Position numbers and translations under genes: made by a program. The notes under the pieces are model-generated. The model did no database searches. It was not told the DNA's origin and saw only the letters and a list, made by a program, of their open reading frames with translations. A stretch of 64,000 nt of DNA from Eledone cirrhosa (Eukaryota), in NCBI GenBank assembly GCA_964016885.1, contig OZ024745.1, positions 55,614,001 through 55,678,000 on the forward strand. The letters run 5' to 3'. Shown here in pieces: positions 55,494-64,000 of this stretch. Position 1 is the stretch's first letter; each line of letters opens with the position of its first letter.

Positions 55494-57461
55494 CTAAGAG
55501 AGAGAGAGGGAAGGTTTACTTACCTCCCGGGTCTTGTGATGGTCGGGTGGTTCGACCTCCATGGTTGGTGGGGTTTCTTTTGGGAACCCCTTTAAAAGTC
55601 TTGATGTGGGTTTCACATTCGGGTTTCCCACGTCTTGAGGAAAGCTCTCTCGAATTTCTTTGAAAGAATTGAGTGACATTCGGACCAGAAGCAAATCTTC
55701 TGGTACGCAAAATGTGCTCATTTCAAAAATCTCCCCCTCTGTTTGAATGTCCTCGCTTCGCGCTAAGAGGGCCATCAGTTTATCGTTGGCCCTTCTGACA
55801 AGCACGAAGATTTTAACATTTTGTTGGTGTGGTTTTATTTGTTTTCGTTTTGGTGAAGGTGGTGGCGATGGTTTTGGTGGTGTTGTTTCGGGTATGTCTA
55901 TGTTTGTTGTAGGTGTGGTGTCTGCAATTTCAGGTATTTGTGTGTTTATTTGTACTTGTATTTGTTTAGGTTGTTTGCGTTTCGGGGATTGTGGAGGTGG
56001 TGTCGATGTTGCTGTTGGTGCTGATGTTATTAGGGAAGTGTCTGCGTTAGTGGTGTCTGTATTTTTTGTTGTGTGTGTTTTTGTGTTTTGTTGGGGCTTT
56101 TTTTTTTGTGAGTTTTCTCTGTTTTTTTGCACTTTTGGGTATTCCTTCATCTTCGCTGCTGGAAGACAAAGGGTCTGTATCTGTGAGTGTCTCTGTGTCT
56201 GTGTGTGCGTTTATTTTATTTTGTTTGTCTATGTATATAGTTGGGGAGGGGGTAGGGGGAGTGGGAGAGCTTTCCCCGTTTTCTCCTTGGATTGGTTTTG
56301 GTGTTGGTGGTGATCCGGCTGCTTTTGATATTGGTGTCCGTGTTTATGTTGATGTTGTTTTTGGTGGTGGTGGTGGTGCAGCTTTCCGTGCTGACACTGG
56401 CGTTGGCAACAAAGGAGGTTTGCGACCCCCTGCATTTTTGCGCTGAGGGCAGAAGGCTTGAAGATGCGTGGCTTCCCCGCAAACGAAGCAGCGTGGCCTT
56501 CTTCCGTCAATCATAGTTGGATTGTTGTCCCGTCCTGCAGGCGGGCAAAATCTGGGATGTTATTTATATCCTCCGGTTTCATTTGGAGAAGAATCTCCAA
56601 ATCCATTCCGGACCAGTCTTCTCTCTCTGTCCTTTTGATGTCCAGGAGGGTGGTGTCTGTCCCCTCCTCGATTACGCATCCCAGCAGCCACCATATGTTC
56701 ATTCCTGGTGGGATACTGGGAATGCGTACCTTCACTGTCCTTTTACCCATATAGGACGGATGCATGATAATGCGTTCCGTTCTGCAGGGGATCACCGAGT
56801 GCTTAATAGCGAGCGCCTCGGATTTGAACAGTACCGAGATGGTACCGAACAGTTTGCCTCTTGCTTTGTACTCTATGTTACTTCCGATGTACTCCAAAGC
56901 AGCCTCTACCTCTGCTTGGCTCGCAAGTTCCACTTTTCGTGTCTGCACCGAAATACATCGAAAGAGCACCGTCCTCCTTTGCATGGCCACTATTGCCTCG
57001 TCCGGGATGGTCAGGTTTGCCCAGGACTTCTCCCGTTTAATTAGCCTCCACGCTTTGGCCAACTGTTCGTCTTTATCGCTAATATCAATATCGATATTCA
57101 ATAAGCGCTTTGTTTTTGCTGCTGCTGCTGCAGCAAATGTGATGTTTCTGATGCTCTTATTGTTGTTGTTGTCATTCTTGCTGTTGCCACCGCCATCCTT
57201 GTTTACATTGAAGCTGTCGGTGTTTTTGTCGTTATTGCTCTGAGTTGTTGTTGTGGTGGTGGTGGTGGTGATGTCGTTTTCAGATGATACTGCTGCTATG
57301 CCAGAAGGTTGTGTTGGTAGCTTTTGAGTTTTGCCTTCACATTCAGTAGAGTGGATGACAGGCATGACTGTAGCCGTCGTAGTCGTGGTGAAATCTGCAG
57401 TGGCTGCCTTTAAACTTTTGACCTGAACTTTGTTTACCTTTTCAAGGTCGAAAATTTCCAT
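55494..57461 (-). pseudogene. Tx1 ORF1, frameshifted
   Basis: TFAAAAA, RRTVLFR, PSYMGKRT. Zinc knuckle GRRPRCFVCGEATHLQAFCP in an alternate frame at about 56445-56510, then a Pro/Thr-rich linker. Confidence 0.88.
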
Positions 57462-57719
57462 AATTTTCTTTTGGTGGGGAAGCGATTTTTTTCGAAGATT
57501 TTAAAAAATAAATCTGAATATTCGGGCTTAAAGCCCGAATATTGAGAGGTATCCCTCTCTTTAAATCAAGATGTATACCTTAAGTTTCGTTAATGACAAG
57601 AAAATACAAAAAAAGACACTTTAAAATAGCTTAAAGCTACGAACCTTTTCCCCCCGCAGACTTGTCTGTCTTCACACATGTGCGGCCATAATAATAATAA
57701 TAATAATAATAGTACACTA

Positions 57720-58000
57720 TTAATAATTATTAATGCACTCTTGCAATGCCTGTGCGTGACGAATATTTTTAAAGTGAGGAAAGACTGTGCACTGAGCCAA
57801 TCCCACTCTCTGAACGACAGTAGCTATAACCCGAAAAGAAGAACAGATCAACATCATCAGTAACTACTGAGTCGCAGGTTTTATGTCGGAGTTAACCCAG
57901 TTTCCTGAGATGCCTTCTCCTAGAAGAATGCCCTGACAAGGGCTAGGGGTTCTTCACTCCCAGTGGTTTAACTGCGCGATCGGGCATCCAGCCAGATTAT
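57720..58000 (-). mobile_element. Possible RTE-type 5' UTR segment
   Basis: Reverse complement contains CCTAGCCCTTGTCAGGGCATTCTTCTAGGAGAAGG, resembling the ...CTAGGAGAAGG motif I recall from RTE 5' UTRs and RTE-related SINEs. Not verified by alignment. Confidence 0.4.
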
Positions 58001-58146
58001 TTCTATGTCCCCGCTCGCAAAAAAAAAAAAAAAAAAAAATCACTTATTGACACTTATACGTACCACACACACACGCGTATACATATGCGCGCAAACAGCA
58101 ACACTCATACATACAAACAAACACACACACGCTACTCTACTCACTT

Positions 58147-58202
<56 letters not shown>

Positions 58203-58304
58203 CCGTCATTACTGATACAAGATTACAAGATTATGTCAACTGTTGACTTTCAAGAGTTTGTATAGTTGAAGCTGATCTTACTACAGTCCAGTATTATTAC
58301 AATT

Positions 58305-58459
58305 GCTTTACAGCATAGAGTCACGGCCCTCCACGCTCTGAGCTCAAATCCCGCCGAGGCCAACCTTGCCTTTCATCCCCACGGAGTCAACAAAAGAGAG
58401 TACCAGTGATGCGCTGGGCCAGTCGCTGGATCCGTGCCAAAAGCAGAAAAATTATTATT
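58305..58459 (+). mobile_element. SINE family A, 5'-truncated, with clustered T>C substitutions
   Basis: Colinear with 22957-23106 but with about 13 T>C and about 4 A>G differences (manual count). Confidence 0.85.
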
Positions 58460-61249
58460 AAAGTTGTTTTCTTAAGGCCCGGTCGCTGGTGATGATGATG
58501 GCGGCGGCGGTAGTGGTGGTGGTGGCAGTTGATGTTGTTGTTGTGTTGTGTGCGTGTGTGTGTGTGTGTTTTGTTATTTTGAGTTGTTGTTTTTTCTCTT
58601 CCTTTTTTTTCCCCTCCCTTTCTTTTTTTATCTTTTGATGCCGCTGTTGTTGTTGTTGTAAATGTTCATTTCAGTTCATTCTGAAGCTGTTGTTGCTGTA
58701 AACATTAGTGCCGGTGTTGTTGTTGTAGATGTTGGGGTTGAAATCTGGTCGTTTGACTGAGTGATGTATATACACACATATACATACATATATATATATA
58801 TACACATTCAACAGAGAGTAGAGAGTTTGACAACAGGTCGATGACTTTAGTCTAGATAGGGTAATGACATGTGATGGTGGGGAGAGAGTGTAGACGTTAT
58901 TGTGGTGGCGGGGGACAGTGAGATGTATCTAGTTCATTTGACTGTTTTCTTCTCTTTGCAAAATTTGAATTTTAGCCATGTTATATTGAGATGTAAGTAA
59001 ATGTAAAATGTAAAATATAAATAAGGATTGCTCTGCTAAAATATACTAAAATATTTGTGTAACTTCCACAAACTTCTGTCGTGACATTCCCGAGTCCAGT
59101 GACCAACAAATTGTTGTATTTTGATGTTTCAGAATACAGAAATTAATTAAAAACTTACCCCACGAAAAGACAGCGTGTGTTGTCCTATCTATAAGCTCCC
59201 TCATACATACATACATACATACATACATACATACATACATACATACATACATACATACATACATACATACATACATACATACATACATAGAGGGTTTGAT
59301 AGAAATTATAAACACCTTTAGAAGACAGACGGTGAGCATGATCTTTCCACGTGACCGCTTCCGAGTTTTCTATATTTTATATTTCTTACGTGTTACTGAT
59401 TCTATCAGTAGAGCGGACAAAGCTTAAGGTAGATTCGCAAGATGATGAATATATACAATTTCTCTCGGTGTGGTCACTGGCTTTAGCGATTCGTGTGATA
59501 AGGTAGAATACTCATTCTATGTGAGAGATATTGTTTTTTAGTCCTGGATCCATCACATAATACGTGGAAATGTGGTTGAAGTGTTTTGCTCCTCCATCAA
59601 ATTGAATCTAGAACAATTATAAGGGCTTGACTAGCAACGAACTCAAGGATAGATTTGCACAGGAGACTCAATCAGTCTGTGTTCGTTTCTGCCGTTATAG
59701 TGAAGGGTGAATGATGAAATAGCATGTCTTAAACAAAAATGTTATGCTACTGAATCTGCTCAGTAATCGGTTGTATGTGGCATAGCACAAATCGAACAAG
59801 GAAATAACGAATCCACATTCATTATGTCATACCTAAAGAAACAACATTACTGAACCTATTGCTCTATCAATTAATATTTAAAGGTATATTGTTATACCTT
59901 GAGACATGTGTATTCCCAGGATATAATTGTATTAGACTATGGAAAGTGGAGTTATTGTAGTTTTGATGAAGGTCGATCACAAGATTTGACATTCCTCTCG
60001 TCTAAATGACATGCCGTTGTGCTCTCAAACCGGAAATGTTATTACAACTTTTATTTGCTTATCATAATTATTAACAATTTTATTATTCAGCTATTAAAAC
60101 GACGTAACGACGGAAGCGTTAAAAATTCCGATGAAGTTATATACATGCCTGCGTTTTGGTTTATATTTGAAATACTACTGAGATAATTATTGCTTTTCAT
60201 CCCATCATCGTTTACATACCATCCAAGCATGAGCTATAATCAATCAAATCATCTTCGCCCATGCATAGTTTTCGTCTCATACTCAATTGAGAAATAACAA
60301 TTATTGTTGCAGCATCTAAAAGATTCCAATCATAGATATGTGTGTGAGCTTAATTTATTAGATGCCATAAACCTTGGCTAAACAGATTTAAGCATAGTTT
60401 GCATAATTATTTTTGAAAACGGAACCAGTAGCCATGAAAAAAAAAGATGAATCGGTAAACCAAATTTGGAACGCAATATTTCATGTAAATATAGGCGTTT
60501 TATTAATAATTCAGGATTTAATTTACTCAGTGCAGCAGCAAAATTGATTAGATCATGTGTCGGTAAAAGAAAATTAATAACACTGCTTATTTAAAATTTG
60601 GAAACACAAATTATCAACACTAACAATATGCACAAATTGCAAAACAATGAAATAAATAAAATGAAGCAAATGTAAAATATAATGACAATAAATATGAGAC
60701 TCGAAACGAAAAGAAAAATAAGTTAATTTTAAAATAATTTGATTAAATGTAATTAAAAATAAAATAAAATTTCAGTAACGTATCTATAGAAGTTACTGAA
60801 ACAACATTACTTTTTACATCAAATATTTAAATAGATACTTGAGAAATTATTTTGAAAATATACTGAAGCCTCAATCTTCTTATATATTGGTTGGCTCATT
60901 CGTATGTTACAGTCATTCGTATGTCGTGAAACGGATAATTTAGTTGGCTAGATATATTCTATTCTGTCGAAACTTGAGTTCTAAATCACCAATCTACTAT
61001 GTTATGTTTGGAATATAAAAAATATTATATGATTTGTACAATGCTTTTCTATATATACAGAATCAATCAATTATTTAGGTTGTTTTACTTTGAATAGTAA
61101 TGTCATTGGAATGTGATTAGGATATTAACATTATGATATTTGAAATATCAGCACACTAAACACACATCAAGGGATCATGGATACGGATACTACTGCGTTG
61201 GGTGGTTTCTATGTATCGCATATACCAGTATTATATATATTCATATGTA

Positions 61250-62180
61250 CTGAGTGACTAAAATATGTCTTGTCATCTCAGGGAAGATTGTCGACCTACA
61301 GCAGTTATTTTATAACCGTTTTCTAGTAGCATAATCTTACTAAATCTGATTTGGGACGGGGTATTGTAAATGCAGCCATTATCGTTCTTGTTTATCTGCC
61401 TATTCCAGCAAGTTTTTTTTTATTGCGCAGGTTAGAATATCAACACTGTACTTTGCTACGTGTATCGCTCGGGTATTGATGCTAATTACCTTATTCTTTA
61501 CCTTTAGTTCAGTTTTAAATTGTAATCCATTTTTTCTCTTTTATTTCTGATGTTGAACCATATCTAATTCATTGATTTCTAAGTATTTGAATGTATGTTT
61601 CATGTAAATCTCATTTCACGGGTTTTTGTTTAAATCTAGCCTGATATTAATTTTTTTCCTTAGATTTTCTCTCTTGAGTTGCCATGGCACATGTTCGTAG
61701 TCGAAATGTAATGCCTATTTATTTTGAGAATGCATGTGATATATGTAGCGGTGGTTTCAATTGTCCTTCCTTTTTACATCACCCATATACAGGAGATGAT
61801 TAATTTTCTTGTTTTAGCATTCATACCATATCGCAATTCGGTTTAGTGTCTCAGTTAATGGTGTTAGTGCTAAGCAAAAGGCAGTGGTGATAGGGAGTAA
61901 CCACCCAAAATATTTCTCTGTTGATTAGGATGCGACCATTTTTTATAGTTTCGTTTTTCGTTTCTATTTGCAGACCTGTTCACCTGTTTGGGTGTTTTCT
62001 GAATCATAAACGTGTTGTAGATCACTCCCATAAGTTGCTTGTTATTCCCGTTGTTTTGAAACATAATACATCGGATAATTGTTATTATTTAATTATAAAT
62101 TTCACCAGTATTTTAATAAACTGGTTTGATTTTCTATAGTATACTTGCATCCCTTAAGGTGTAATTCTGTTTGTTCTCTA
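61250..62180 (-). mobile_element. Decayed R4/Dong-like (R2 group) non-LTR RT remnant
   Basis: NILGGYSLSPL (cf. GIFQGDSLSPL), KINHLLYMGD (cf. HLLYMDD), FKYLEINE, KTELKVKNKVISINT, PKSDLVRL. Confidence 0.75.
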
Positions 62181-62299
62181 ATCACACCCCCTCAGCTTGT
62201 TTGAAACTTTGGAGGTGATCAGCGATATTTCTTCTGCAAGAGAACATTCTGCTCTCCAGAGGAATATATAAAATGTAGTATATGAAAACTGTAATATAT

Positions 62300-62590
62300 A
62301 AATGCATGTCTTGATCAGACATGGCCTGCGGTGTGATAGGAGCGAGATAACAAATGGGGTGATCAATCTTAGTCAGAAATGGTCTGGTTTGAAGCTATTC
62401 CTGAAAGTGCGAGCGGAGGAAATGTTCTTCATCGGTTGCCACCACAATGCGTTACAGCAGCCCGCAGATTTCCAAATCGGAAAGCCTTAACGCTCACATC
62501 ATATGGAAAGGACAGGTTCTAGTTGTCAGGCGCTCTATCTGCTGCTGACATCCTTTTCCAAGGAGGGCCTGGCTATCCATTTTCCCTTGC
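62300..62590 (+). mobile_element. Old Tx1 ORF2 fragment
   Basis: EITNGVINLSQKWSGLKLFLKVRAE and IWKGQVLVVRRSICC*HP match ORF2 of the two Tx1 copies in this window. Confidence 0.75.
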
Positions 62591-63924
62591 CAAAGAATTG
62601 TTGGCATTTTACCTGAATCAGAAACCATTATCGTTGCAGTAGAATGAATAGTTAGAAGATGAGAAAATGCTAGGTTCATTTGTTCAAGCTCTCTCTTTAC
62701 TTTCTGAGTTGATATCTCGTAGATGTTAAGTTTTTAATTCCATCTTTTTATATTTTATTAAATAAAGTAAGAGTCAAGTACTGATGTGAAATAATACATC
62801 TACTGTTTTGTTCATCCCAATTTGTGGCCTTCCTGGTCATTATATCTATTATTGATTCCTCTCTACATATTTCATTCATATGCTAATTCAAATAGATCAT
62901 TGTTTATGTATTGCATATACTACATAAATAAAAATATTGTTATATTCACTTTCCATTCAGAGGTCAAAAACAAGTCTAATCATTATCATAAATATATGTT
63001 CTTTTCATATTCATATTATGTTTTCAAAGTACCACAAAATATTAATATCTACCTAGCACTATTTCAGCGATGAAAATATAGAAATACGAACGACGAATAA
63101 ACTGCTAAAAGATTGATATATTATTTATTACAAAATAACATGTACGATTCAAAATAAAACATATGATTAGTGTATATTAAATATACTCTAAGGGTCATAT
63201 CTTCAACAGCATATTACCTTTGAAAACAAAATGCAATTAATTTAGATAAAAGAAACGAAATCATACATATGCTTAGATATATCTTTGATGTAATCTTATA
63301 TAAAATATTGCATGAGGTTAGAGTTAAACTGTATTGCTTTGTAGAAGTTTAGTACTCATAGTCTAATAATTGTGGGTGTAATATCAATCATGTCTAGCAT
63401 ACGAAAATTTCAATATATTAATCTCTCCCGCTGCTATTTCTTTTTCACTTAATATGAATTTATAGAGAAAAAGAAGGATGGAGAGAACGAGTTCGACATA
63501 TGTGTTTATATTTATAGCTCAATGTAAGCATTACAAAGTATATTCGATATATCATAAACAATAAGTGAATAGCATTGCACATAATAATTGCTGCTATCAT
63601 GAATAATGTTACATATGCTATTCGAATGAATTGGAAAATACAATGATACATGTAAGAGAGTTAGATCACATGAATATATGATCGTTGCACCTAAGCATAT
63701 ATTGGACAATGTAACATCGAATATTGAAACTGGAATTGGAATATAATAATTCCTTGCACTTTACAAAGTATTTCCAATATTACATACTATATGATCCTAT
63801 GAGACATGTTACAATGACTTGCGCAAATAATACTGATTATATATATGCATGTATGTTTTTTCCATACAAAAAAACTCTTCTAGCCCTGTAGAAGACATTT
63901 CTGTATATTTAAATAAATAAATAA

Positions 63925-64000
<76 letters not shown>

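Larger units (their letters stand above)
51794..57688 (-). mobile_element. Tx1-clade LINE, near full length, lightly disrupted (copy 2, a different family from copy 1)
   Basis: ORF1 plus ORF2, 3' end GTGGCTAATAAATGAAATC, and (ATT)n at both ends (51760-51793, 57689-57711). Confidence 0.94.

Overview
AT-rich eukaryotic DNA saturated with microsatellites and made almost entirely of transposable elements. I found no host protein-coding gene; most ORF-track entries are translated microsatellites. The SINE families and repeat landscape suggest an octopus-like cephalopod (inference). Near-full-length but disrupted retroelements are two different Tx1-clade LINEs, each sitting in an (ATT)n tract (26.3-32.3 kb +, 51.8-57.7 kb -), an RTE LINE with three C-terminal zinc-finger motifs (48.2-51.7 kb -) and a Penelope-like element with direct terminal repeats (38.9-42.6 kb -). 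There are also RTE, R4/Dong, Tx1 and mariner remnants and seven tRNA-derived SINE copies. The most notable hidden signal is a set of type I hammerhead ribozyme motifs from several unrelated repeat families. One lies in a non-coding 557-bp tandem/inverted array with one hammerhead per unit (2741-4891, retrozyme-like). Others lie in all three Penelope terminal-repeat copies, and a compact canonical one lies at 448-493. One SINE copy also carries a dense T>C/A>G substitution cluster. All calls come from manual reading; remnant boundaries are approximate.
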